Positions 25,385 through 38,119 of a DNA stretch of 64,000 nt are shown here, piece by piece. The DNA is from the human T2T-CHM13v2.0 reference genome, Homo sapiens. The translations under genes were made by a program, and so were the position numbers. Numbering within the stretch: the stretch's first letter is position 1; each line of letters begins with the position of its first letter. The stretch lies in NCBI RefSeq assembly GCF_009914755.1, contig NC_060936.1; one strand, given 5' to 3'. The notes beneath the pieces were generated by a model. That model did no database searches. It was not told where the DNA came from and saw only the letters and a list, made by a program, of their open reading frames with translations.

Positions 25385-25822
25385 TGTAGTGGTCATCAGA
25401 CCATGTAAATACACGCCTTGCATATTCATGCCCACCAAGAACCTTTGAATGCGATCTTATTTGGAAACTGCGTCACTGTGGATGTCATTAGTTAAGATGA
25501 GGTCACACAAGAATAGGATGAGCACTTAATCCAATACAACTGGTATCCTTATGATGAGGGGAGAAGACACAGATGCACAGGGAAGATGAAGGTGAAGGCA
25601 GAGGTTGGAATGATGCTGCCACAAACCTAGGAATGCCAGAGCCACCAGAAGCTGGAAGAAGCAAAACAGAATCTTTTTCTAGAGTCTTTGGGGGAAGCGT
25701 GGTCCTAACAACACCTTGATTTTGGATTTCTAGCCTCCATAACTGTGAGAGAATGTATGTCAGTTGTTTTAAGCCACTCAGCATGTGGTACCTTATTATG
25801 GTAGTCCTAGGAAATGAACACA
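25385..25822 (+). mobile_element. MLT1 solo LTR (MLT1B/C-like)
   Basis: 'cttatttggaaa...gttaagatgaggtca...ccaccagaagctggaagaagcaa...gttgttttaagccac'. Confidence 0.88.
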
Positions 25823-26299
25823 ATCCCCCCAGCCCCATTCAGTAACCACCTTTCACATCACACTCTATGAGGGGGACTCTTCCTGGAAATGAGCAAAGTG
25901 TGGTTTTTGCCCTCCAGAGTTCAGAATTCAATACGATGTAATTAAAAAAAAAAAAAAGAAAAAGAAAAAGAAAAAATAGACTGCTGCATTTCCCCAGCCC
26001 AATTTCTAATCAAGAATTATGAAAACCATATAACATAGACTTTGTATTTTCCCTTTGTCTACCAGGAGACTCAAATACAAATTTATGGTTCAACACTCGT
26101 TACCCTGGGAAAGGTTAGACCTTGCAGATCCCTGTTCCATATTCTCCTCCATCACCTTGGCCACTGAGTGCCATTTACTTTTTCTTAATTCTGACTTTGC
26201 ATTGTTTGTTTGTATTTTTACCTCTTTTACTATGTTTTGAGGGGCTTATTGGTAGTTTTCATTTTTCCTTTACAATATCATGCTATGGAAGTGCTTGGG

Positions 26300-26540
26300 A
26301 ATGACAGGGTAGCATACTGCAGACAAGGCAGGCTGACTCTGAACCCCAGCTCTGCCAGTTCCTGGCTGTGCAACCTTAGACCAGTCACTTCATGTTTCTG
26401 CACCTCAGTTTTCTCATCTGTAGAATGGGGATTAAATACCACCTACTTCATAGTATTGTTGTGATAATTAAATGAGATGATATTTGTAAATACTATGGGG
26501 TCTGGAATATGAAAAGTACTATCATGCTTGTTAAATAAAC
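26300..26540 (+). mobile_element. MIR
   Basis: 'cacctcagttttctcatctgtagaatgggg'. Confidence 0.8.
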
Positions 26541-27544
26541 AGCAAACTTTAATATCCGCATGGATTATAAGACTTTTTAAGATGGAGTTCATATCACCAC
26601 AGCCTAGTCTATAAATCCCCTGAGGTTGTTTTATTCCATTTTTAATCTCCAGCTTCTATGATTGGCACAGGGTAGCTGATTGATAAGTCTTCCTTGGATG
26701 AGTGAATGAATGAAACCCATCAAGTGCATCGTGGTAGAAAAGTCACTCTCCCTTTTTGGACTTTACTGTTCCCATCTTGAAACTGACACACATTTATAAT
26801 TTCTTCCAGTTCTAAAATTCCCGGATGCTATGCCTGGAAAGGCACATCAGCATCCCATTTGCTTGGACTAGGCATTTCCTTCTTTCTGGATATTTACCTC
26901 TGGAGCTTTGACTAAGCCCCCTCAAGACTGTGGGCTTGTGTGTCTGGGCTGAAGACTCAGCATATACTAAGCGGGCAGATGGCTGCTGCATTCCCTGGGC
27001 TGAGGAAGATGGGAAGCAGCAGGAGGCTGGGGAAGAGTGTAAGGGGGTGGCAGGAGTGGGAGCAGGGGAGGAGACGTGGGTGGTGTGGCTATGCAGATGA
27101 AAGTGGAAGACTAATATCTTGGGGACTAGAAGAGGAATAACAAAGAAAGAGTGGAGTCCATTGCGGGGGCAGTCGAGAGTGAAGGTTTGTGGCATCCTTT
27201 GGGGAGGGGTCCGTCTCATCTTTGCTCTAGCAGAGACCCTCCCTCACTCACTTTGAACCTTCTTTAGGCTCATTACACCACAGTGAACTCATTCTGCCTC
27301 ACTCCTCTCAGCTTATCTGCTCCCACCCACCTGCAATCTGGTAGCTCCACGCTGCCCATCTTCTAAATTCAGGCTGACCTGAGTTCAATCCTGACTCTGC
27401 CACATATGGGATATGTTGACTTGGGCAGGTTAGTTAACCCATCTGAACCCCAACTTCCTCATCACTAACGTGAGGCAGAATAATTTAGCAGGATCATTGT
27501 GAATATTAAATAAAACAATGTCAATAAAAGGCTTGACACAGAGT

Positions 27545-28051
27545 TGTTGTCAAGCAAAAGGGGCTCACTGCCGCCATGTGCTATGAGCCAGTACTATGAC
27601 ACTGGGTTTTTGAGAAAAGAAAAGCTTTACATTGAAAGTCAACTCCCAAGGAGACAGGAGTCAAACTCAAATCTGTCTCTCTGTGCTGGCTTTAAGGCAA
27701 TATTTGCATTAGAAAAGTCTATGAGGATAGATTCTGAAACGAGTAGGTGATTGGTGGAAGAAAAGGGGGGTTTTGGAAAGTCCTTGGGCATGCACAGTTA
27801 TCTCTGTGTGCTATTTCATGGATTCCTTGTGCAAATTTGAGGGGAATTAGTATGAAACATGCTGAGGAAATTCAGCATCGACTTCAGTTGGCCATCTTGG
27901 TTCCAACTGACTTCAGCCATTTTTTTAATCTCATTAATAAAGGAAGTTTCAGTGTTTCAGCAAGTTGTTCCTTTTCTTAACTGTCATCTTGCAAACTCAA
28001 GAATTTTTTTGTTAGTCATTGGTTTCTTTAACTCTTTGGGTCACAGTTTCA
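27545..28051 (-). mobile_element. ERV1 (MER4-group-like) solo LTR inserted in a MIR tail
   Basis: TG...CA termini; 'gggctcactgcc...tactatgacactgggtttttgagaaaagaaaagcttta'; subfamily uncertain. Confidence 0.7.
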
Positions 28052-30417
28052 GTGTTAGGATGTAGTATGAGTTCAAAACTCTACAGCTATTGCAATTATT
28101 ACAAGAAAAACAGAAAAGAGAGAGGTAGAGAGAAAAGCATTTGTTCAGATACCTGAAGAAAAAGAACAGGAAGAAATGGATTTAATTGAGAATGCTGGGT
28201 GGCCACTCGTATTTAGAAAGAATCCAATGCCTGGTACCCTAGAGTAATGGAAAGAATTACTCTACCTAATTTGTTTTGTTGTAAGTTAGAAATTTTGTAT
28301 CCTCAGTTTTTTAAAAAGTAGGGTACCCCTACTGTCAAGTACCCTAGGAATCATAAAGACCCCACTGAAAATTCTAGGGAATCAAATCTGCAATCACTCA
28401 CCCCCAGGAGTGGCTGAAATTTGTGAATCTCCTTCAGAATAATTTGGTTGCAAAAATCTCAAACTTAATGAAGCTCAAGTGAAAAGAAAGAGATTTATCA
28501 CAGGGAACTTTCCCAGAACTGAACTGCTCCAGAATGACAGGTATGGTCCCCAACCCTTCATAACCTTCCTGGTCTGCTCCCCAAAGCTGACAGACTGAAT
28601 CTCCTTGCCACAATGCCACCTTCCCTGCAGAGAGGATCTGATCGGTAAACGTGATGTGTAAATCAATGTGTCATAAATCAAATTCTAATTCAAATGCTCT
28701 GGGGGCCAGCTACTTAAATATTTAATGGAGGCTTTAAAAAGTTGAGCCCCAAATCCTTTGTGCAATGTGAACAATCAAATCCTAATCAAAGACACGTCAA
28801 CCATCCCCCGGGTTGAAATAATGGGTGTTCGGCAGATGGGGGCTGCCTACAAATCTGAGCCTGCTGCCTCATTTCCTCTAGTCAACATGGGTAGTAAGGG
28901 GATTTTAGTAACTCCCTGAAGCTTCCCAGGGCTTGAATTCCCCCCCTCAAGCATTTCCCCTCCACCCACTCACTCCAGCTGTGTTTGTTTTAATTTTTTG
29001 CTCTCAGCCTGACACCTCAGACAACAGCAGTTCCTTCTTGCCTTCTCTGTTGGCAACTGCTCATGCACCCTGTTACCTTCTGAAATTACATAGTTTATTA
29101 ACTTGCTACCCTAACCTACACTACCCTTCATAAGAACTCCCTTCTCTGCTCATGAACATCCTGCCACGGGCTCCCTGGGATTAAACTGCTTCTCTAAGAA
29201 ATGAAACCATTGCCCAGCCCAACATCCCCTTTCCTGCTATTTTATTTGAGGAGTAGGGCTCTGTGGTTATTGATCACTTGAGAGGTAGAAGGAGGATGTT
29301 TGAAGGGAAAGGAAACACCAAGAAAACTTACAGAGTGGCAGGGAAGCCTGAGAGATCTCATAAACTACTGGCTTTGAAGCCTTCATGGGAACTTAGATGC
29401 TTTGAGAAGCTGGAAAGCTCTGGACAGTTCCCCCCGCTCCCCCCCCACCAAAAAAAAAATCACACACATGCAACAGCACCCAGGCTGCTGCTTAACCGTA
29501 CAGCACCTTTGTATGAATTAGGGAAGAGATTTGCTTTCTCTGGGTGGCACAGTGTGGTCAATGGAGTAGGGTAAACTCCAGCCCTCACTTTCCTTCTCAA
29601 CAGGGCATCCTCGTGCGCATCAAAAATTGCACCACCAGGGTGGTGGTGCTGCATGGGGCCCCCACAAGTTCTCCCCTCTCTGACTTAGTTCACATCCCCT
29701 TTATCATACTGATGGGACCCTGAAGCCCAGAAGGGGGAAGTCACACTCTCAAGGTTGCAAAGTGTGTTATTTGTCCTTGCTATTTTATTTCCCTGTACCC
29801 AACATACACAGACCCTCTCACCTGCCTCCTCATTAAATAGCCCATTGATTATGCTCACCGTACTAAAAGGCAATACGACCAGTATGGTAGATAAAAATCT
29901 GTTGTCTAAATATCTGAATTAAATCCTTGTAGAAGATGCTTACATCCAAGTGTTGGTAAACCCAGTGGCCCCGGGCAGGGAGGAGCTATTCGTCTTATCA
30001 GTAACTGTCTGGGTAGAATGATCCATTTCAAACAGCGCAAGGAATGAAATCGTGAAAAGGATAAGAGTCCTGACGGAGGGGGAGTGAGTCGGAGCTGGTG
30101 GCGTTGAAAAGGTGTAGCTCAGAGCCAGCAGGCTGTCCTGAAGAGGATCATTCACGTGTGTGTTAAAGACAGGCCCGGTGTGAAAGCGCAAATGAATCGC
30201 TCAAAATAGATGAGATTTCTTTCCGTGGTAATTACAAGAGGGGCTGGCGAGAGGTTTTATATCAAAATCACAGAAAGGAAAGAGCTGGGGAAATAAAGAG
30301 GATTTTATTTGGAACCCAGAATGAGGAAGGACTTTTACAAAGAAAGCTGGGAGAGGGTGTGTTCTCTTCCAACGAGAGAATAGCCCTAATGGGTAGACAG
30401 GAAAAGGAGATGCCTTC

Positions 30418-30436
30418 TCGCCCGTAGAGGGCGCTG
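30418..30436 (+). promoter_or_regulatory. CTCF-like motif
   Basis: 'tcgcccgtagagggcgctg' compared with consensus TGGCCACCAGGGGGCGCTA; CpGs retained. Confidence 0.55.
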
Positions 30437-31196
30437 TAGAGGCAGCGGGAAAGTGATTCCTAGAGACGGTGGGGGGAGGCGCTGTGTTCTGCTGGTTCTC
30501 TGGGTGACTTGACCTGTGATTCCTCTTTCTGAGCCTTAGTTTCCTCAAAACCCAGACAAAACACATCTAGACGTCAGGTAAGTCAGGGAAAGGAGGTGAG
30601 AGAATCACTGGAAGTGAGTGTGAGAAGGGTGAGGGGGTGCTTCTGGAGACTGGGAATATTCTGTTTTGCAATCTGGTAGAAATTGATGCAGTTCTACCTT
30701 GATCATTTGGACACTCTTCTGTAAGTATATTCTAGTTTATTTAAAAGTTTACTTAAGGAAAAAAAAGAAGTGATCCTATGGTCATAGTGTCTCAGAAGAG
30801 ATGAAACCTGTAGTTCAAGGCAGAAGATAAAACCACATGGAAAAGAGGCAGAATGACTAACAGAAGAGATTGGCTGACTTGAAGCTATGGAAGGCTGAGC
30901 TTTCATCAGGGTAGGGGTTCAGAGAATAAGAACACATAGGACTCCTTGAGTCAGATAGGCAGGCAGGAACTTGAGCAAACTAGAACTTTCCAAGGACCCA
31001 AGATGTCTGTGTGCACACCAGTGTGCACCAACTACCCCCAGTGGTCATTATTGCCAGATGTGCATTTTGAGGAGGTGCCTTCTCATAAATGGCTGAAAAG
31101 TCCAGCTTTTGTCCCCTCCCACTAGGGACCCCACCCCTGAACTAAAGTTAGCAGAAATAGATGTGCTTGCGACTTCATTGAAAGAGAAGAATGCTT

Positions 31197-31701
31197 GCTG
31201 AGGATGAGGCTTCCAACTTCATCCATGTCTCTGCCAAAGACATGGTCTCGTTCCTTTTTGTGGCTGCATAGTATTCCATGGTATATATGTATTACATTTT
31301 CTTTATCTAGTCTATCATTGATGGGCGTTTGGGTTGATTCTATGTCTTTGCTATTGTAAATAGTGCTGCAATAAACATACATGTGCATGTAACTTTATAA
31401 TAGAATGATTTATATTCCTTTGGGTATATACCCAGTAATGGGATTGCTGGGTCAAATGGTATTTCTTGTTCTAGATCCTTGACACAGGGAGGGGAACAAC
31501 ACACATTGGGGCCTGTTGGTGGGGGAGGGCAAAGCATCAGGATAAATAGTTAATGCATGTGGGGCTTAATACCTAGGTGATGGGTTGATAGGTGCAGCAA
31601 ACCACCTGTTACCTATGTAACAAACCTGCACATTCTGCCCGTATCCTGGAACTTAAAATAAAATTTAATAAAATTTAAAATAAAATAAAATTTAAAAAAA
31701 A
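31197..31701 (+). mobile_element. 5'-inverted (twin-primed) L1PA 3' fragment
   Basis: 31197-31482 is antisense ORF2 end; 31481-31701 is sense 3'UTR plus A tail; TSD 'gaaaga-g(a/g)-agaatgctt' at 31180-31196 and 31702-31718. Confidence 0.93.
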
Positions 31702-33039
31702 GAAAGAGGAGAATGCTTATTTTCTTTCTCTGATAGACAAGCCTACACTTGACTCCGATGATTTCACATTTTTTGGTTACTTCAAACAAACAAAAACCTT
31801 TTGTCAAGACCCACTCTGTGCTCAGCACTGGTCTAGATGCTAAGGATTCAGTCACAACCATGGTTATTACCCGGTGGGGCCAAAATTCTAGGTAGTGATT
31901 TAAGGCAAAGAGATGATCTCCACCAGCCTTCCTTCACATCCACAAATCAGCACAAATAATCCACAAAGCAGCAATAGAAATGTAAGCCAGATGCCAAGAA
32001 GAACTTCCTGACTGCAATGTTAGTTGACTGTCTACCTGATGTGAAGGAAGGAAGCTTTACTAGACATAGATTTCATGTACCCTGGAGCTGAGTTTCTAGT
32101 CATATATTATCTAACATTTGCAGAGGGATTGTGAAGTTTTGTCACATGGTCACATATATCTCAGCATTATCACATATATCTCAAACTGAGCATGGTCACA
32201 TATGTCTCAAACTGAGGCCCAGAGAACCTTTATCAATTGAAGTTTTTTCAGCTGCAGTTTTCAGAAAACATAATAATCAGGGAAATGCATTCTCCTACTT
32301 CATAGAAGTCCAGAGGCAGAGTTGGTTAATTGAGCAACTCAACTAGACTTCAGATTTGGCTCTGCCATTCTCAGGGTGTTAATGATGTTTCCCCTCACCA
32401 CTGCAAGAGGGCTGCAGTGTCTCCAGCCATTGCATGAAGACACAATGAGCAGAGCATCTCTTTTTGTGTCTTTTTGAGAACAAACAAAGCCCTCTCTTGA
32501 AGCCCCCCAGAATTATACTCCGTACTTTTACCTACACCTGTCACGGTAAGAAGAATGTACTTTCCATGGTTGGCTTCCATCAATTCATTCTCTGGGGCTG
32601 AGAGCTCAGACTCCTCTGATGAGGTACACTGTCTTTCCCCCAATCCAAATGCTTGAACAGGAGCAGGATAGTGGTTAGCAATTCCTTGCTCCCTTTGCAG
32701 AAGAAAGTATCTGCTGGGTGGATAATGGTGTGTCTCAGTGACAAATTAGAAACCATGAACTAATCCCTGGGTCACAAAATGGAGATGAAACTGGGTGATT
32801 TTGCATAGAGGTGAGCACTGGGAACAGCTTAGTACCTGAGAGGGACAGTTAGTTCTGTTTATCCTTTCTTCCTCCTCGACCTAGTTTCCCTTAGGTGAGG
32901 GTGACTATGGAAGCCAAGCTCCCAAAAGACACAGCAATTCCTTTGATCCCTATCAAGAGCCAAATGATAAAGAAAGAGGTTGCAGGTCTCCAGTCACATG
33001 GCTAAGGGCTGTTAGTTGTGTCCTAGGCAAGCAGAGCTT

Positions 33040-33680
33040 GAGCAGTCCTTACCATCAGGCTCTGGTCTCCTGAAAGCAGCCAGTGTGACCTTCCCAACAT
33101 GCAAACCAGATTATGTCACACAGCTGCTTAAAACCTTCCAACATCTTTTCATTACTCTCAGGAGAAAACTCCAAATTCTTATCTTGCTATCCAAGGTCTT
33201 GAATGATCTGGTCACTGCCTCCACCTTCTACATAAACTCATCCCATTTTCCCTCCCATTTCTTTGTTCCTGCCTCAATGAGCCCTTTCTTTGTCTTCATT
33301 GTTTCAGACCCAACATATAATAGGTGCTCAATACGTATTCCAATAGATAAATACTGTTCCTCAGCCAAATATTTTACTTACCCCTTCCCCTACACCCCGC
33401 ATTTTAATTAACTCCTTCTCATGCTTTGACCTTAACAAGACTTTCTCTTCTTGCAGATGAGACCCTTCCTGTAATTCTCTCTCATTGTACTCTTTGGCTT
33501 TTCTGCATGTTACCTATCACATTTATTTTTATTTATTTATGTGATTATTTGTTGAATGCCTACTTTCCCCATCTATTCATGTATTTCAAGAGGACTGTTT
33601 GACTTTCTCTCTTGTCCTCAGCTATATATGCAGTGTCTAAACCCAGCTCCTGGCCCATCATGGGGGCTCAAAAATTGTAC
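33040..33680 (+). mobile_element. L2 fragments
   Basis: 'cagattatgtcacacagctgcttaaaaccttccaa', 'ggagaaaactccaaattctta'. Confidence 0.7.
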
Positions 33681-34389
33681 CTGAAGCCCCAAGAAGGAGG
33701 TGCTCTGCCCGAAGTCATCCAACATGTTGAGGCTGACAAGGGCCAGAACTCAAACTCTGCTGACCCCCAGCTCCAAGTTTTTCCCGAGTCCAGCCTGTCC
33801 TCACCCAAGCTCACTGCTACCTTGCAGCGTATCTCTGTGTAGTTACCAAAGGTGCTCTCTCTGTGTTGTTGAATTCTAGCTGATGCAGTCTCACTGCCAC
33901 TGCACGCAGGATGGCAGAGGGAATGTGGGCTGGGTTTCAGCCCCTGCAAGCCCCCTCGGCTGGGCCCCTTTGTGTAACTCAGCAACACACACACATAGAA
34001 GCCCTGCTCCTCATAAGCCCATTCTCTGTGTCTATTCTACTCAGCGTATCTCCTGTATGTCCTGGGTGCCCCCTCCCCTAACAGGCAGCTTGTCAGCTTT
34101 GATCTTTTAATCCAGGTTTCTCCAGAGCATGATTGATGTGCATTTAAACTGAGCTTCCCTGGGGCTAAGAACTGCTCCTGTCTAAACCCAAGGATGGCCA
34201 GGCTAGCCAGGCCTCTTAAGCTTGATCTTAGTGCCTTAGGATCTTTTCCAATCCCTTTACGTCCAACCCAGGCTGATGCTGGGAGTGAGTGTAACATGAG
34301 TGTTTTTCAGGACACTCTATCCTGAAAAACAAGGACTCTCTGTGTCTCCCTAGCCATGTATGGCGACAGTAGGAGGAGAAGGAGACCAC

Positions 34390-34860
34390 TGGGCCATAAG
34401 CGCTCACTGTGTGCCAGGGCCTGTTCTGGGGACTGGACAAATGGGGAGTGAGAGGATACGGTGCTGCCCTACATAGAGCCTCATGCTATGTGGGGAAGCA
34501 CTCAAGTCAGAAATTGCAGCATAGATGGATGGGTGCTTTGATGGAGGTTGGAAGAGTGTTCTGGGCATTCAGTGCAGAGACACGTAACCCTGGTGGGTGT
34601 GCATTAGGGTGTGTGTGTGTGTGTATTTGTGTGTAGGGAAAGGGAGAATAAACAATTCCAGGAGAAAGAACATTTACATTGAGATGTTAGCCAAACATGG
34701 AGTGTAGGGGGCAATGGTATTGGGGCAGAGGATCGGGCAGTGCAAACACCAGTATGTAAGGGGAGGCTGTCTGCATTTCAGGGGGGCTGGAATATATGGT
34801 GCAAGGAGTATGCATGGGACATGAGGCTGGACAGTCAGGCAGAGTCCAGATCATGGAGGT
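34390..34860 (-). mobile_element. L2 fragment with (TG)n at 34609-34634
   Basis: 'actgtgtgccagggcctgttctggg', 'atgaggctggacagtcaggcagagtccagatcatgg'. Confidence 0.6.
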
Positions 34861-34918
34861 TTGTTAATCCAGGCCTGCTTAGATGTGGGTGTCAAGATAA
34901 GACTGCTCATATATGGAG

Positions 34919-35232
<314 letters not shown>

Positions 35233-35590
35233 CTCATATACGGATTTTACTAGGGGAACTGCCCAAAGGAGAAATGGGGAGGGAGGCTTAGAAAGCATCA
35301 GACCTCCATGAAAATGATCAGACCTTGAGCCAAGGAAAAAGGGGAGAAAGAAAGATTGGGCAAAAGCATCTTAGCCTGCTGTGCAGTTTGAGAAAGGTTT
35401 GGCAAGGCACTTTGGAAGCCCTTAAACCAAAGTTGGCCATCAGTGGAGTCCTATGTGTCCCTGCCTTAGAGTCACGGCCACCGAGCCATTGGCTGGAAGC
35501 AACCTGTGGGAGGTTTGATCTTCCACAAGGTCAGGGCTCCACATTGGAGGTCCTGGTGCCCTCTGTGGTTGAAGATCTGGGCGGTAGATT
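35233..35590 (-). mobile_element. ERVL LTR (LTR33-like) remnant
   Basis: 'gaaatggggagggagg...gcatcttagcctgctgtgcagtttgagaaaggtttggcaaggc'. Confidence 0.55.
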
Positions 35591-36021
35591 CTCATGGCCA
35601 CCACATCTGGGTTTGGTTTTATTCTAGAGAGAATGGAAAGCCACAGAAGATTTTAAGCAATTTATGTCATGAAAAAAATCACTCTGTGGCTGTGGAGGAG
35701 ATAAGTAGGAAGGGTTCAATAATGAAATTAAAAAAGAAATGTGAGGTGGAGCTGCTGGAGAGGTTCAGGAAAGAGATAATATTGACCTAGACTTGGAAGG
35801 TGACAGGATCACATAGAGAAATGGACAATTTGAAGTTATATTAAGGAGGCAAAATGCACAGAACTTGGTTCCTGTATGTGAGCGGTAAGAAAAAGGACTC
35901 AAAGAGGAAGTAACAGAGGACAAGGGCCACATCTATAAGTGTCACTTGTGTGCTAGACACAGTGTATGTACAGTGATCTCATTTTATCACCACAAATATC
36001 CTTTTTCTAAATTAATTAATG

Positions 36022-36340
<319 letters not shown>

Positions 36341-36394
36341 TAAATTTTGTTCTAGGCATAGCATTGGAGAACCCCCAGTTTATCCACAACACCT

Positions 36395-36790
36395 CGGGTG
36401 ATCAGTGTAAACTAATCATGGTAATCCCATTCTCACACCTGCAAATGTTTTAGGAATGGGAGAAGTCTGCTCAAGAGGCTTTGGGGAAAAATTTCTCCTT
36501 CTCAAGAAGGAGTCACATTTAGATGCTTCCTTTATTCCTCTGGACGCTGATGTCTGGGAGTGATGTCTGGGACTGCCTGGCATCTTGGAATCCCAAGGGG
36601 AGCAGCTGAGAGCACAGCTCTCCATCAAGAACAGGAGAGAAAAAAAGATGGGCCCCAAATGACATCATGGAGCACCAACTAAACCAACACTGGATCACCC
36701 ACCCACCCAACCAGACTCCTGGGAATTGTGATCCTGTATTTCTCTATGGTTTGCACCAATGTGAGTTAGGGCTTTCTGTTTCTAAACTCA
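36395..36790 (+). mobile_element. Old MLT1 LTR
   Basis: 'gtgatgtctgggactgcctggcatcttg', 'atgacatcatggagc', 'ccagactcc'. Confidence 0.6.
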
Positions 36791-37510
36791 TATAAAGTAT
36801 CACCCCTGTTTTATAGACAAAGAAATGGAATCTTAAAGTCACAGAATGGGTAGGTGGCAGCGGAGGGACAAAATCCTAGTCTTCCTGAAAGGTCACGTCC
36901 CTTTTTCAATGGCAATTTTCCTTCGTGATGTCAACTCAAGTCACCTGACCATGAGAATGCTAGTAATCTTATCTTTTAAGATATTAATATATGGCACAAT
37001 GAGTCAGATCTACAAGCATTCATTGTGCCTTTGCTGTATACCCTGCATGATGCAAATGAGCTACATATCAGCCCTGCTCATGAAGAGTTTATGATATAAC
37101 TGAGGTGAGATGAACACAATTGGAGACTATAATAATAGATAACCTGGGGGGGCACTTATTATACACTAGACAGTGGGCAAGTATTCTACATGTCTTATTA
37201 GGCTTTACTCCCCACAACAAACAACAGAGTATTTATTATTATGATCCCTGTCTCCATATTACAGGTATGTAGACACATAAAGGATATGAACCCTCCCGAG
37301 ACCACAAAGCTGGTATAAATGGAATTTAGAGCAGTCTGAGTCTGACTTCGGGGCCTGTACTTTTATAACCACTGTGGTCTTTTGCATCCCCATATAGAGA
37401 TTAATTAATGCAAGACAGCATCAACCCGAGTGGAGTATGCACAGGATAATAATAGCAAAGATTCTTAAACATATGCATGCAGGTGCTTTGCACGTGTTGT
37501 TGCTAATACT

Positions 37511-37688
37511 TAGTGGGTCTCAAACTTCAGCATGAATCGGAATCACCTGGAAGGCTTGTTAAAGCACAGATTGCTGGGCACCACCCCTAGACTTTCCAGC
37601 AGATTTGGGGTGGTGGTCTTAGGATTTGCATTTCTAACAAGTTCTCAGATGATATTTGTTCTAGGGAATCACATTTTGAGAGCCAATG
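37511..37688. mobile_element. MER5A
   Basis: 'ctcaaacttcagcatgaatcggaatcacctggaaggcttgttaaagcacagattgctgggc...ttgcatttctaacaagttctcag'. Confidence 0.9.
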
Positions 37689-37763
37689 CCTTAAAATAAC
37701 TCTGTGAAGGAAGGGTGACTACCCCCATTGAACAGATGTGAAAAGTGGCTTAGTATAGGCAGC

Positions 37764-38119
37764 TGATATGGTTTGACTGTGTCCCCACCCAAATCTCATC
37801 TTGAATTGCAGCTCCCACAATTCCCATGTATTGTGGGAGGGACCCTGTGAGAGGTAATTGAATCATGGGGGCAGGTCTTTTCGTGCTAGTCTCATGATAG
37901 TGAATAAGCCTCACAAGATCTGATGGTTTTATAAAGGGCAGTTCCCCTGCACAAGTTCTCTTCTCTTGTCTGCCGCCATGTGAGACATGCCTTTCACCTC
38001 TGCCATGATTGTGAGGCCTCCCCAGCCACACAGAACTTGAGTGCATTAAGCCTCTTTCTTTTGTAAATTCCTCAGGCTCAGGTATATCTTTATCAGCAGC
38101 ATGAAAATGGACTAGTACA
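37764..38119 (+). mobile_element. THE1 (B/C-like) solo LTR inserted in a MIR
   Basis: 'tgatatggtttgactgtgtccccacccaaatctcatcttgaattg...gaaaatggactagtaca'; 5-bp TSD gcagc/gcaac. Confidence 0.95.

Noticed and set aside
37812-37839. Hairpin ctcccacaat/attgtgggag
   Set aside because: Appears to be an ordinary feature of the THE1 LTR consensus.
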